Shown here in pieces: positions 17,066 to 27,127 of a stretch of 48,894 nucleotides of DNA. Made by a program: the position numbers and the translations under genes. How positions within the stretch are numbered: the stretch's first letter is position 1; each line of letters starts with the position of its first letter. Source of the DNA: a virus. Its lineage: Duplodnaviria; Caudoviricetes. Below the pieces are notes generated by a model. That model did not search any database and had not been told where the DNA came from. It worked only from the letters and a program-made list of their open reading frames with translations. The stretch is taken from positions 1-48,894 of IMG/VR virus record IMGVR_UViG_3300046060_000025. One strand, given 5' to 3'.

Positions 17066-18513
17066 CAGGCGTCACCCGTATAGCCCGTATAGTGCAGCTT
17101 CACGTACGACCGGTCCACGACTTCCGTTTTCGAGACGTTGTAGATGTCCTCCACGTTCTCCGGACTCCACTGCACCCGCATCGCCTCCCCGATGTTCACG
17201 TCGGCGTAGCTGATGTCGGCCACCTCGAACATAATCGCGGTGTCGTGCCAGGCGTTCTCGGCCAGAAACTCCCGGGCGCGGGTATCGGCCTCCGCCTGCG
17301 TCTGAATCTCCCGGTCCACGAGCTGTTCCTCCCGCTCACTAATCCCGTAAAACTCGATGGAGGCGTTATCGGCGGCCGTGACCTGGATATCGCCCGAGCC
17401 CTGCACGACGACCTTGTTGACGATACGGTCGTAGTCCCGGTCGAACTCGTAGTCCGTCACGGGCGAGCTGTCGGTGATAGATTCGGCGGCGGTCCGGCCG
17501 CCGGCCGGCTCGTAGTGGAGGTCGTCGTTGCCGTCCACCCACGAGTCGTAGCCGTCCTCCTCGCCCAGGGTGGCGAGCATCTGCATGACGTCCTCGTCGA
17601 ACCGCCGCGTGATGACGGTCCCCGTATTCTGCACGTTATTGACCGTGACCTCGGGGACCCGCGGTTGTGTGACGAACGGGAGCGTCTGCGCCATGTCTAT
17701 CCCGACCGCGCGGGGTTCGGGGAGCGCGCCCTTCAGCCGGAAGCGGTACTCCAGCGTTCCGTTCGAGTCGTTTGCGCTGCCGATGGTCGCCGTGGCGGCG
17801 GCGTCCTCGGCGGCGAAGGTATACTCCCGGAAGTTCGTGTCGAGCCGCTCCGGCGTCCAGATGTAGTTGTTCCCGGCGTTATCCCGGAGGTCGACCTCGC
17901 AGGCGATTTGGTCGCCCCGGTTGTTCACGAGCATCCGGGTGGTCAGCCGGATGATTTGGCCGTCGCCCGGGATGGCGTCGTCCGGGACTGCGTCGTAGGA
18001 CACCGTATAGTCGCCGGACGTCCCGCCGGCCCAGCCGGCGAACACGACGTTACTTCCGTACTCCTGGACGCGCTTGTCGTCCGAGTCCAGCAGCTCGAAC
18101 TCCGGCGTGTCCGATGACCAGTCCGAGAGGCCGCTGGCCCGGTGGATAAACTCGGGCGACCGAACCTTCGACTCGTTCCGCACCGCCTGCTGGATAATCT
18201 CCCCGGTGTCCATCCGGTAGAACGGCCGGTGGACCTGGATATACCGGAGGACGACCCGGTTGTCCGCGATGGTGAACGTGAGTTGCTCGGCGGTCGCCCC
18301 ACTCGTCGGGGCCTTCGTGACCTTCCCGTCGAACTCCGTGACACCGTTCCGCGTGACCACGGCGTCGTCACCCGACGAGACGGTCCGGTTCGCGGCCGTG
18401 TTCCCGGCCTCGACCTTGCAGGTCCCGAGGCGACTCTCGTCACCCGACACCGGCTCGACCGCGCTCACCGCCTCCAGGGCCGTCCCGTCGACGGTCACGG
18501 TCCAACTTGCCAT
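17065..18513 (-). CDS. Baseplate hub/Tal-like tail protein
   Basis: Follows TMP and the Dit-like gene; W.D.NDDLHYEP, IVNKVVVQG, SIEFYGISERE, V.IGEAMRV; central insertion domain. Confidence 0.75.
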   Translation of the reverse strand: MASWTVTVDGTALEAVSAVEPVSGDESRLGTCKVEAGNTAANRTVSSGDDAVVTRNGVTEFDGKVTKAPTSGATAEQLTFTIADNRVVLRYIQVHRPFYRMDTGEIIQQAVRNESKVRSPEFIHRASGLSDWSSDTPEFELLDSDDKRVQEYGSNVVFAGWAGGTSGDYTVSYDAVPDDAIPGDGQIIRLTTRMLVNNRGDQIACEVDLRDNAGNNYIWTPERLDTNFREYTFAAEDAAATATIGSANDSNGTLEYRFRLKGALPEPRAVGIDMAQTLPFVTQPRVPEVTVNNVQNTGTVITRRFDEDVMQMLATLGEEDGYDSWVDGNDDLHYEPAGGRTAAESITDSSPVTDYEFDRDYDRIVNKVVVQGSGDIQVTAADNASIEFYGISEREEQLVDREIQTQAEADTRAREFLAENAWHDTAIMFEVADISYADVNIGEAMRVQWSPENVEDIYNVSKTEVVDRSYVKLHYTGYTGDA

Positions 18514-18519
18514 CCCGTC

Positions 18520-18978
18520 TTACCCCGTGTAGACGTCGTAGTGCGTCCACTCGATAGTAAACGTGTAGTCCCGCGGCTTGTCGGCGCTCCGGTCCTCCGT
18601 CACGGCGACCTCGGTCAGGAGGCCGTCGATGCCGCCGCGGAGCGTCGCGCCCCGGTCGTAGCGCATCACGTTCAGCCCGTCCTGGACGGTCGGCTGCCAC
18701 TCCTTCGCCGCCCGCTGTAACTCCTCGGCCATCCCGAGGTCGTCGTCGCTGTACGTCCCCGCGTTCGGGTAGTCGGCGGCGTCCACGTCCTTGATGACGC
18801 CGTTGAGTTCGTACGTCTCCTTCGACAACACCGGGTCGCCGCCGGACAGGGAGGCCGCGCCGCCGAGGAGCGCCTTCGTCACGACGCCCATGCTCACGGT
18901 CGACTTGACGTCCGTCGCCTTGAGCGTGAACGTCTCCGACCCGTCGTTCTTGACGAGCGTGAGGCCGGTCGTGGTCAT
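18520..18978 (-). CDS. Distal tail (Dit-like) protein
   Basis: 152 aa directly after TMP; beta-rich. Confidence 0.6.
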   Translation of the reverse strand: MTTTGLTLVKNDGSETFTLKATDVKSTVSMGVVTKALLGGAASLSGGDPVLSKETYELNGVIKDVDAADYPNAGTYSDDDLGMAEELQRAAKEWQPTVQDGLNVMRYDRGATLRGGIDGLLTEVAVTEDRSADKPRDYTFTIEWTHYDVYTG

Positions 18979-18981
18979 GTG

Positions 18982-20277
18982 CTATTTCGTCACCTGCGCC
19001 TCGATTTCGTCCCCGAACTGGTCGGCGATGCGGTCCGCCAGGTCCTGCCGGTCCGAGCGGCTCATGTTCGAGAGGTCCATCGACTGGTCGCCGATTTCGA
19101 CGGAGACGTCCTGGTTCACCGTCTGCGCCGTCCGCTCGACCTGCGGTCCCTGACTCGGCCGGGTCAGCTCCGAGACGCCGCCGCCGCCCGCCCCGGCCGT
19201 CGCGCGGTCACCACCGATGGTATCCGCGGAGAACCGCTCGAGTTGCGCCTGGCCGGTCGCGCTGATTTGTGCTAACTCCTGCCGGCCCTTGTCCCGCACA
19301 CCCTGAATCCGGCTCTGGAGGGACTCGTTCGCCACCTGCCCGGCGTCGGCCGCCAGTTGCGGCGCGGCCATGTCGACCCGCCCGACCGTGCCGATATCGA
19401 CCGTCGGGACCCTGTTCGCCTTCTCGATGAGGCTGTTGAGCGCCCCGATAGCGGCGTTCACGGCCCCCTGTATTCCGTCCGTAATGGACTGGTTGATGTC
19501 GTTAATGATACCGACGGTCCAGCCGGCGAGGGCGTTCCAGCCGGCGCGCCAGGCGTAGTCAATCGCCGCTATCGTCGCCCGGACGCCGGTCTTGATGGAG
19601 ACGCCGAACGCCTTGAGTCCGGCCTGGACGCGGGCCGCGAACCGCGCGGCGGCCTTGGTCCACTCGACGCTCGTGTTCACGAACTTCTGCTTGGCGCCCG
19701 CGAAGTCCCCGGTGAGGGCTGAGAACGCCGCGCTGAGGTAGCCGACCAGCGGCCCGCCGATAAGGAACGCCATGTCGGCGAACGCTGCGCTCATCGTGGC
19801 GGCCTCCGCTTCCGCGACGGGCGTGACGTTCGTCAGGCCCAGGAGTTCGCTCCCCAGGAGTCCGACCGCTGCGACGGCCGTGAGGACGGCCGCCGCGAGG
19901 ACGACCGGCGCGGTGAGGACCGAGGAGAGCGCGGCGACCGAGAGCGCGTAGGCCTTCGTCGCCCCGGCCGCGAGTGTCGCCGCGACCGCGTAGGCCTTCG
20001 TCGCGGCCGTCGCCGCCGCCTGGACCGGTGTGAAGAAGAACAGCGAGGACGTGAGGAGGCCCATCGTGCCCTTGAGGCGGCCGGCCTTCCCGCGCGACCG
20101 CTCCATGCTGTCGCCGGACGCCTTTGCGGATTTCGACGTGTCGTTCATGGCGTCGTTCGCCCGGTCCGCGGAGGCCGCCGTCTCGTCCAGCCCCTCCTGG
20201 AGGTCGTTTGCCTTCCCCGCGGCCGCCTCGGCCTGCCGGATTTCGGCTGACCACCAGATACTCCCGATACTCGGCAT
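18982..20277 (-). CDS. Tape measure protein
   Basis: 431 aa, Ala-rich helical with hydrophobic segments; follows the tail chaperones. Confidence 0.85.
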   Translation of the reverse strand: MPSIGSIWWSAEIRQAEAAAGKANDLQEGLDETAASADRANDAMNDTSKSAKASGDSMERSRGKAGRLKGTMGLLTSSLFFFTPVQAAATAATKAYAVAATLAAGATKAYALSVAALSSVLTAPVVLAAAVLTAVAAVGLLGSELLGLTNVTPVAEAEAATMSAAFADMAFLIGGPLVGYLSAAFSALTGDFAGAKQKFVNTSVEWTKAAARFAARVQAGLKAFGVSIKTGVRATIAAIDYAWRAGWNALAGWTVGIINDINQSITDGIQGAVNAAIGALNSLIEKANRVPTVDIGTVGRVDMAAPQLAADAGQVANESLQSRIQGVRDKGRQELAQISATGQAQLERFSADTIGGDRATAGAGGGGVSELTRPSQGPQVERTAQTVNQDVSVEIGDQSMDLSNMSRSDRQDLADRIADQFGDEIEAQVTK

Positions 20278-20759
20278 TACAGGTCCTCCTGCCGGCGGGC
20301 TTTCCGCGCCTGCGCTTCCGCGTCCTCGTTCTTCATCCGTTCGTGTTCATCGTGCTGGACGAGGCGAGATAATACTTCCTCCGCATCCATCCCGGCCCGG
20401 TGGACGGTCGTCGTGACCTCACGCGGCCCGGTCCGTACGGCTCCCGCGGCGTAACACAGGACGATGCCGGCGAGTGCGAGGACCACCCCGGCCACAGCGC
20501 CCGTGTACGCCGCGTACAGGAGGATGAGTACGAGGCTGATGCCTACCCCTCGGCGGACGCGCGGCTCCACACAGCGGCCGGCAGCGGCCGCTATGGGGTG
20601 TGGCGGGTAGACGGCCGTGTGCGTCTCCTCGTAGCCCCGGATGGCGTCGAGGCCGTAGCCGGCGTCCTTCACGAGGACTAGCTCGACGGCCGCCGGGACG
20701 TGCTGGAGGACGGCCGGGTCCTCGACCGTACTCCGCCGGACCGCCTGTCTCAGTTTTCC
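20277..20759 (-). CDS. -1 frameshift extension of the tail assembly chaperone (gpGT-like)
   Basis: -1 frame relative to 20750..21202, opening at GGAAAAC (20759-20753); no convincing start of its own; ends at the TMP start. Confidence 0.7.
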   Translation of the reverse strand, partial: GKLRQAVRRSTVEDPAVLQHVPAAVELVLVKDAGYGLDAIRGYEETHTAVYPPHPIAAAAGRCVEPRVRRGVGISLVLILLYAAYTGAVAGVVLALAGIVLCYAAGAVRTGPREVTTTVHRAGMDAEEVLSRLVQHDEHERMKNEDAEAQARKARRQEDL

Positions 20760-21202
20760 TCGCGCTGGTCCTCCAGGTCCTCGACCGGCTCCGGCAGGTG
20801 GCGCTCGAGCTGGGAGCCGAGTCGGGAGTTGAGGCCCTGGAGCCACACCCGCAGGTTGTCCGGCTCCGGCTCGACCGCGACGAGTTTCGCCATCGCTATC
20901 TCCCGGTAATACTGCGCGAAGTCCAGTTTCCCCTCCCCGTCCGGCGTCCGCGTGAGGGCGTTGCTAAACGTATCGTTCTTCTCACTCCACGACACGTCCT
21001 GGAACGTGAGCAGGTAGACGTCGCCGGTCTGTTCATCCACGATGGTCTCCTGGTAGGTGTCCGACCCCGAGACCGTACCGTCCATCGCGTCCTCGGCCAT
21101 CTGGAGGTCCGCGGGGTCGAGGTGGTCCGGCAGCCGCGCCAGGGCGGCGTCCGGAAGGTCGGTCGCGGTCGGCGTCGTCGTGTCGTGGAGCTGGTCGGCC
21201 AT
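20750..21202 (-). CDS. Tail assembly chaperone (gpG-like)
   Basis: Between tail tube and TMP; ends GAG GAA AAC TGA. Confidence 0.8.
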   Translation of the reverse strand: MADQLHDTTTPTATDLPDAALARLPDHLDPADLQMAEDAMDGTVSGSDTYQETIVDEQTGDVYLLTFQDVSWSEKNDTFSNALTRTPDGEGKLDFAQYYREIAMAKLVAVEPEPDNLRVWLQGLNSRLGSQLERHLPEPVEDLEDQREEN

Positions 21203-21206
21203 TACG

Positions 21207-22193
21207 TTACGCCAGGTAGCCCTGGCTGGAGTTACTGTCGGTTACGGTAACGGTGAGACTCTCCGGCGTCATCGTCGTCTCGACCTCGGCCTTCTCGCTA
21301 TCCGCCGGTATCGCGTGGTCACCGTCGCCGATATTGCACCCGGACGCCGTGATGTCTACGGTATCGCCGTTCGACCGGGCGAACGACATCGTGGCGTCGA
21401 ACCCGCCGGCGGTCGGGGAGAGGAGTTCGTTGTAGAGGCTCGCGTCGTTAACCGTGATGGTCGCGCTCAGCTCGTAGTCGGCGTTGCCGTAGGTGAGTTC
21501 GTACGGGTCCTTCGCGTCCCCGCTCGGGTGGTCGGCGTCCGGTGCGATGTACCGACCCTCCTGGAGGTTGTTTTCGACCGAGAGCGTGAAGTCCTGGAAG
21601 CGTGCGAAGTCCGTGCCGAACAGCGTGAGTTTGCTGTTCGCGTCCGAGAACAGCCACGGGTCCCGGTCGGCCACGCTGATGCCGGCGGTGGGGCTACTCC
21701 CCGTGGAGACGCCGAGCGCCCAGTACGTGAGCGCACAGGTCAGTTCGTCGTCGTTATTCATCGTGAGTTCGCCGCTCTCGACGGTCGCGCCGGCGAACGT
21801 GCGGACGAAGTCAGACCCGCCGCCGCGGCCGTAGTACGTGACCTCCATCGTCTGGGAGGCCGGCTTCCCGTCCTGCTTCGCGGTGAGCGTATGCGTGTTC
21901 GGCGTCGTCGTGTCGTCGAAGGACTCGTCGCCGAGCAGGTACGCGATGGGCGCCCCGTCGTATACCACGACCGGGATGTCGCCGCCCTGGTAGGTCCGCT
22001 GGCCCTGATGTTTCTGGAACGGCTCCCGGTCACCGCCGATGACGCGCGTGACCATCCAGTCCTGCTCGGGGTCCGGCGGTGTCGCTTCCTCCTTGACCTT
22101 CCCCAGGACGCGCGTCGGGGTGACGGTCGTTCCCTGCGTGGACTCATTCCCCACGACCAGAGAAGTATCCTCTCCCTTGTATGGGTCGCTCAT
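21207..22193 (-). CDS. Major tail tube protein
   Basis: 328 aa; ESTQGT..TP, YTH-like THTLT, RTFAGATVES.EL, FTLSVENNL; no sheath gene, consistent with a siphovirus. Confidence 0.85.
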   Translation of the reverse strand: MSDPYKGEDTSLVVGNESTQGTTVTPTRVLGKVKEEATPPDPEQDWMVTRVIGGDREPFQKHQGQRTYQGGDIPVVVYDGAPIAYLLGDESFDDTTTPNTHTLTAKQDGKPASQTMEVTYYGRGGGSDFVRTFAGATVESGELTMNNDDELTCALTYWALGVSTGSSPTAGISVADRDPWLFSDANSKLTLFGTDFARFQDFTLSVENNLQEGRYIAPDADHPSGDAKDPYELTYGNADYELSATITVNDASLYNELLSPTAGGFDATMSFARSNGDTVDITASGCNIGDGDHAIPADSEKAEVETTMTPESLTVTVTDSNSSQGYLA

Positions 22194-22201
22194 CCGTTAG
22201 C

Positions 22202-22516
22202 TCACTCCTCGCCCTCCGACGTAATAGTCCCATCGCCGGCCTCGTCCTCGCCGGCCTCAACGTACTCCAGGCCCGCGTAGGCCTCGGCGAGCGCCTGCTC
22301 CAGTGCCGCTGCCCGGCGGGCCTTGTGTTGTGGCGTCTCGGACGTGGCGAACTCCTCGGGGAGCCGCCCGCGCAGGCTGAACGTCTCGGCCTCGCCGTCC
22401 CCGCCGACGCGGAGGCGCCGGCGGAGGCGCCGCCGACCCTCGGTGAGCGGCCAGCCGTCGTTGTCCTCGTCGGTCGGCACGCGGTACAGTATCGTGCTGC
22501 GGGTTGCTCGGAGCAT
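22202..22516 (-). CDS. Hypothetical neck/tail protein
   Basis: ATG 22516 (MLRATRSTILY) within ORF 22202..22573; fills the gap in the late operon. Confidence 0.55.
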   Translation of the reverse strand: MLRATRSTILYRVPTDEDNDGWPLTEGRRRLRRRLRVGGDGEAETFSLRGRLPEEFATSETPQHKARRAAALEQALAEAYAGLEYVEAGEDEAGDGTITSEGEE

Positions 22517-22518
22517 GG

Positions 22519-22977
22519 TTACGTTGTACGGCTCTGCACCTCGTACCGCCACTCCATTTCCATCGCCCACCAATTGAACGCATCGTCAGGGATGGTCACG
22601 GCGTCCGTATCTACCGTATCCCAGTCGCCGGGCGTGCCGGGCGTGGCGCTGCGCTTCCGGGCCGCCTCGGCGAGGACCACTAACTCCGACCACAACTCAT
22701 CCAGGCGGGTGCGGCTCTGCGGCGTAGCGACCTCCACGAACGCCGACGCCGTGCCGCTCTTGACGTCCCGCGGGCCGTCCACCCACTCCTCGGTCCGGGT
22801 ACTCGTCTCGGAGACGAGGACGTACTCGTTCGTGTAATCGACGCCCTTCCGGTCCTGCTGGAGGTCGATGTTCGCCGGCTTCGCCGCGCCGGTGGAGTCG
22901 GTGAGACTGTCCCAGTTCGTGTCGATGAAGTCCCGCGTGAGCGTCGCCACATCCCAGTTCAGGCCGCTGATGGGCAC
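22519..22977 (-). CDS. Putative tail terminator/completion protein
   Basis: Size and position just upstream of the tail tube gene. Confidence 0.65.
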   Translation of the reverse strand: MPISGLNWDVATLTRDFIDTNWDSLTDSTGAAKPANIDLQQDRKGVDYTNEYVLVSETSTRTEEWVDGPRDVKSGTASAFVEVATPQSRTRLDELWSELVVLAEAARKRSATPGTPGDWDTVDTDAVTIPDDAFNWWAMEMEWRYEVQSRTT

Positions 22978-23522
22978 TATCCGTCACCGTCCGGGACGTC
23001 CTCGGGGTCGTCGTACCACTCGATGGACCCGCTCTGGAGTAGGTTCCCCGTGTCGGTCGCCTCCTCGCTGATGATGCGCTGGCTCTCCGCGAAGCCGACG
23101 TTCGCCAGCTCCCCGAGCAGCGCCTCTCGCGCCTCCGCGCCGCCCATGTCGCTGTCGGCGACGGTCGCGGCGACCGACGGGGCGCGGCTCTCCATCTTGG
23201 TGAGCGCGCGGTTTCCGAAGAACACGCCGTCGATACCGTTCTCGGCGATGGCGTACCGGATGATGTGGGCAACCCGCTCCGTCTCGCCGTCGCCGGCCGC
23301 CTTGAGGCCGCTATCGAGGTCGGGCCACTTGCGCTGGACCCAGTCGTGAATCGGCTCGAACGGCGGCGGTGCGCTATAGGCGGTATCGAACTCGACGTAG
23401 GTCGCGTACGACGTCGAGTAGTTGATGACCGCCGCCCCTTCCGCGGCGGCGATGACCTCGCTGGCCTCGCGGGCGTCCTCCCCGGAGCCGACGCGGGTCG
23501 TGACCTCCCCGGCCATCGTCAC
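22977..23522 (-). CDS. Neck protein (HK97 gp10-like)
   Basis: YATYVEFDT..PPFEPIHDWV...IAENG..G..F; DTGNLLQS motif (circularly permuted order). Confidence 0.65.
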   Translation of the reverse strand: MTMAGEVTTRVGSGEDAREASEVIAAAEGAAVINYSTSYATYVEFDTAYSAPPPFEPIHDWVQRKWPDLDSGLKAAGDGETERVAHIIRYAIAENGIDGVFFGNRALTKMESRAPSVAATVADSDMGGAEAREALLGELANVGFAESQRIISEEATDTGNLLQSGSIEWYDDPEDVPDGDG

Positions 23523-24277
23523 AACACCGGCCCCTGCCGGTAGCGGTCGATAACGCTAGTCGCCTCCTCGCGGAGGTTGGCGGCGGCGCTCGTCTGGTCG
23601 GGCGTGTTCTCCGGGCCGGACGCGACGACGCTCCCGTAGGCGTCCGTATCCGTGAGGTCGGCCGCCACGAGCATCCCGCAGGCGCGGCGAATGTCCCGCG
23701 GCACCTCGTCCGGGACGCTGTCGCTGTCGGCGTCGGCGCTCGTCTGCCCGTAGCGGTACGTCACCTCCACGCGCGGGTCGGGGACGGTACCCGTCCCGCG
23801 GATGGGGCCGTAGAGAAACTCGCCGGCGTCGATTTCGAGAACACCCTTCCGGCCGTCGAGATACCACGTATCGTCGCCGGTCCGGCCCGGCCCCTCGCTC
23901 GTAATATCCGACGTCGCGTCGGGCTGGATGACCGTGATGACATCCACCGTCGAGACGTTCATGTGCGGGAGGAACACCTTGCCCCAGAGCGCGGCCTGCC
24001 GGACGAGACCGTGGCGGCTGGACCGCCGCCGGCGGCGGGCGAAGGCGTCCGACGTCGTGTTGTCGAACTCGACCGTGAACGTCCGGTCCGTAACCTTGCG
24101 CTCGCGCCACGCCCGCCCCGTCTGGCGGTCGATTTGCTCGCTTACCTCGTCGAGTAGCTGCTCGACGGTCGCCTTCGTCGGGTCGGAGGTCGCGTCGAAG
24201 GACTTGTTCCGGATGTACGCCTCCACGTCGGCGGCCGTGGCGTAGCGGAGGCCGGTGTCCTGAAGTACGGAGGTCAT
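23519..24277 (-). CDS. Head-tail adaptor (gp6/gp15-like)
   Basis: YATAADV...SEQIDRQTGR...VEVTYRYG...VPRDIRRACGMLVA. Confidence 0.8.
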   Translation of the reverse strand: MTSVLQDTGLRYATAADVEAYIRNKSFDATSDPTKATVEQLLDEVSEQIDRQTGRAWRERKVTDRTFTVEFDNTTSDAFARRRRRSSRHGLVRQAALWGKVFLPHMNVSTVDVITVIQPDATSDITSEGPGRTGDDTWYLDGRKGVLEIDAGEFLYGPIRGTGTVPDPRVEVTYRYGQTSADADSDSVPDEVPRDIRRACGMLVAADLTDTDAYGSVVASGPENTPDQTSAAANLREEATSVIDRYRQGPVL

Positions 24278-24336
24278 CCGGTGGCTCTACCCGGTCCGTC
24301 TCGCCGGGCGATAATAAGGGTATCTGCGGCCGGGGG

Positions 24337-24609
24337 TTACTCGTCCGGGACGACGATGATGCACTCCACGTCGTCCGACGTGTCCCCGTTGATGGTACAC
24401 TGCGTCGTGCCCTTGCTCGTGACGAACTCCGAGCCGGTGGGGCCGGTCACGAACACGTAGGGTTCGGTGCTGAGGCCCGTGATGCCGTCCACGTCACTGA
24501 ACGTGAGCGAGGCGCTCCCGCTCGATAGCGTGACGGTCGTGCAGTAGGCCCGCCCCGAGAGGCCGGGGGAGGCCGCGCCGGACCGCGAGAGGGTGGTGTC
24601 TCCGGGCAT
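24337..24609 (-). CDS. Small virion protein (possible capsid decoration)
   Basis: 90 aa, beta-rich, immediately after the MCP. Confidence 0.6.
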   Translation of the reverse strand: MPGDTTLSRSGAASPGLSGRAYCTTVTLSSGSASLTFSDVDGITGLSTEPYVFVTGPTGSEFVTSKGTTQCTINGDTSDDVECIIVVPDE

Positions 24610-24612
24610 GGT

Positions 24613-25797
24613 TCAGGCGCAGTTGTGGTAGGCGTGCGTCCGGGTCGGGGACTCCGAGACGAAGACGCCGTAGGCGTCCACGGCGAAGTTTTCGGTCGGT
24701 GAGTCCCGGGCGAGCGGGTGCATCGTCACGTCCTGGAGCATCGCCATGTAGTGCGCGCTCGCGTCGAAGGACGTGAACAGCCGTTCGCCGCTCGTGTTCG
24801 GCGACCCGTGGGACTCCAGCACCATCGTCCCGTCTATCTTCAGGCTCTGGAAGCCGAACGACAGCTCCTCGCTCGGGCTCTCGTACCGGGTGAAGTCCTG
24901 GACGTCCTCCATCAGGTCCTGGAACGTCTTGTGGTCCGTGACGTGGACGATGTCGTCCCGACTCGCGCCCTTCCGGCGGAGGTCGCGGATGGCGTCCCGG
25001 ACGTCGCCGCGGGTGATGGTCCCGCCGGCCTTGTCGCCGGTCGTCCCGCTACTGCTGGCGTGGTCGGTGAGGCCGTCCCACCCGCCGGAGTCGTGGGCCG
25101 AGACGTCGACGTCGACGTTCCCTTTGCCCTGGATGATTTGCCGCTCCTCGTACCGGCGGATGGCGGAGACCTGCTGGTCCTCCGTGAGCGCCCGCGTCGA
25201 GCGGAGTGAGTTCGCGGCGAGCTGGACGAAGTCCGTGACCTCGTTCCGCCGGCCGTAGGCCACGACGTCGTACGAGAGCGTATTGTACGTGTCGTCGTTC
25301 TCCGGCCAGTCCGCGCCCTCGTTGTAGGTCGAGGCCGCGCCGACGTCCGTGATTTCGTCCACCTTGACGGTGTCCGCCTGGACGGCGGTCCGTGCGAGCA
25401 TATCCGCCAGCGGGAGCGACTCCTCGTCCGTGAGGAAGACGTCCGGCGTGAAGTAGATGGGGAGCGAGTAGCTCGTGCGGTCCACCGACTTCGTGACCTG
25501 CTTGGCGGCCTCCTGGAGCGGGACGCCCTGCCGGGCAAGGTCGTTGAACTCGCGGAACGCCGTCTCCCACTTGTCGAACAGCCGGTTCTTAGCCTCGATG
25601 ATTTCGTCGCGGGTGTTAAGGAAGCCCATTGGGTCCCAGTACGGGACCTGGTCGCCGGGCATCCCGCTCGCTTTCGTGGCCGTCTCCACGTAGTCGCCGA
25701 ACGACCGGCGGTGGGCGACCTGCGCCTCACGGCTGTTGATGTTCCCGCGGGTGCTTTTCACCTGGTTCGCGTCGTGGTCCTTCACGATGGATGCCAT
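24613..25797 (-). CDS. Major capsid protein (HK97 fold)
   Basis: 394 aa after the protease; EGADWP, YEERQIIQG, GWDGL, LARDSPTENFAV.AYG. Confidence 0.85.
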   Translation of the reverse strand: MASIVKDHDANQVKSTRGNINSREAQVAHRRSFGDYVETATKASGMPGDQVPYWDPMGFLNTRDEIIEAKNRLFDKWETAFREFNDLARQGVPLQEAAKQVTKSVDRTSYSLPIYFTPDVFLTDEESLPLADMLARTAVQADTVKVDEITDVGAASTYNEGADWPENDDTYNTLSYDVVAYGRRNEVTDFVQLAANSLRSTRALTEDQQVSAIRRYEERQIIQGKGNVDVDVSAHDSGGWDGLTDHASSSGTTGDKAGGTITRGDVRDAIRDLRRKGASRDDIVHVTDHKTFQDLMEDVQDFTRYESPSEELSFGFQSLKIDGTMVLESHGSPNTSGERLFTSFDASAHYMAMLQDVTMHPLARDSPTENFAVDAYGVFVSESPTRTHAYHNCA

Positions 25798-25798
25798 G

Positions 25799-27127
25799 TT
25801 ACTTCATCACCTCCGAAATCTCGTCCTCCGACCAGGCGTCAGGGTTCGCGGGCTTGCTGTCGTCGGACACCTCGTGGATGTGCTTCCGCACGACGTCCGC
25901 GCGCTCGTCGGGGTCCTCGGGAAGGTCGCCCTCGGCGTCGAGGCCGAGCATGGACTTGACCTTCGCTTCCGCGGCGTCCGCCGCGGCGTCGGTGGCCGCC
26001 GCGGTCGCGTCCTCGGCGGCCTGCTCGGCCACCTTCTCCGGGTCTACGTCCGGCGCGTCGTCCTCACCGTCGTCGTCATCGTCCTTCTCGTAGACCTCGG
26101 CCTCCAGCGCGTCGAGGCGCTCGGCGTGGTCGTTCTGGTTCTTCTCGATGGACGTGACCGTCTCGTTGACGTCATCCATCGTCTCCGCTAGTTCCTTCAG
26201 CGCCGGCGCGCCCTCGTCGGGCTCGCCGTCGCCGTCCGGTGCATCAGTCTCGGTCCCCTCGTCCGCAGGGGGTTCGTTGTTCGTCTCGCTCATGTCGTTG
26301 TCTACGTCCTTCGCCGTCGCGCGGTACTCCGCCACCGTCTCCATCCGGGAGACGTCTACGCCGCCGGTTCCGAGGAGTTCATCCACGGCGTGTTCGGTCG
26401 CCTCGCCGTAGATGGAGAACCCGCTGAGGTCGCCCTCGCGGACGCGCTTCCACGTGTCCTCGGTGAACTTCACGCCGAGCATCCACGTGCCCTCGGGGTA
26501 CTCCCGTGACTCGCTACCGTCCGGGAGCGTGAACGCGGATTCCTCCTTGAGCGTCCAGGACTCGATGGGGACGCCCTTGCCCTCGAGGAGGTTGTGGTCC
26601 GTGTCGATGTTCCGGAACTCGCTCAGGAACACGTGGGCGGCCTTCTCGATGGCGTCGGCGGGGATGACGTCGCCCTGCTTGTCCGTCTCGTTCGGGATGA
26701 GGACGGGCGCCCACGCCTTCCGCTGCTCGTCGTCGGGGTCGGCGTCGGCCTTCGGGAGCGGCGACCGGCTCTTGAACAGGATGGGGGCGCTGACACCCCA
26801 GTCCGCGCCGGTCCGGTCCGCGGTGTCCTTCGCCATCACCCACTGCGAGTCCTGCGCCGGGTCGCCGACGCCGCTGACGTGGGTGACCTGGAGGTCCGTG
26901 AGGACGGTGTCGGCCTCGGGGTCGTTCATGGCGTCCACGAGGGCCTGGACCTCGTCCTCGCCGGGCTGGTACTCCTCGACGACGGACGCCTCACTGTGTT
27001 CCTCCATCCAGCCGCAGAGCGCGTCGGGGTCGTCGACCGCCGGGTCGTCGTCGAAGTGCGCCACGCAGGCTGCGTGGTCCTCGAACGGACCGATGGGTTT
27101 GCCGACCGGCTCGCCCTGAGACGTCAC
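25799..27127 (-). CDS. XkdF-like prohead serine protease fused to an acidic scaffold
   Basis: APVLIPNETDKQGDVI...IEKAAH.F...IDTDH...IESW...PEGTWMLGVK...GDLSGFSIYG; C-terminal acidic coiled coil. Confidence 0.88.
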   Translation of the reverse strand: MTSQGEPVGKPIGPFEDHAACVAHFDDDPAVDDPDALCGWMEEHSEASVVEEYQPGEDEVQALVDAMNDPEADTVLTDLQVTHVSGVGDPAQDSQWVMAKDTADRTGADWGVSAPILFKSRSPLPKADADPDDEQRKAWAPVLIPNETDKQGDVIPADAIEKAAHVFLSEFRNIDTDHNLLEGKGVPIESWTLKEESAFTLPDGSESREYPEGTWMLGVKFTEDTWKRVREGDLSGFSIYGEATEHAVDELLGTGGVDVSRMETVAEYRATAKDVDNDMSETNNEPPADEGTETDAPDGDGEPDEGAPALKELAETMDDVNETVTSIEKNQNDHAERLDALEAEVYEKDDDDDGEDDAPDVDPEKVAEQAAEDATAAATDAAADAAEAKVKSMLGLDAEGDLPEDPDERADVVRKHIHEVSDDSKPANPDAWSEDEISEVMK

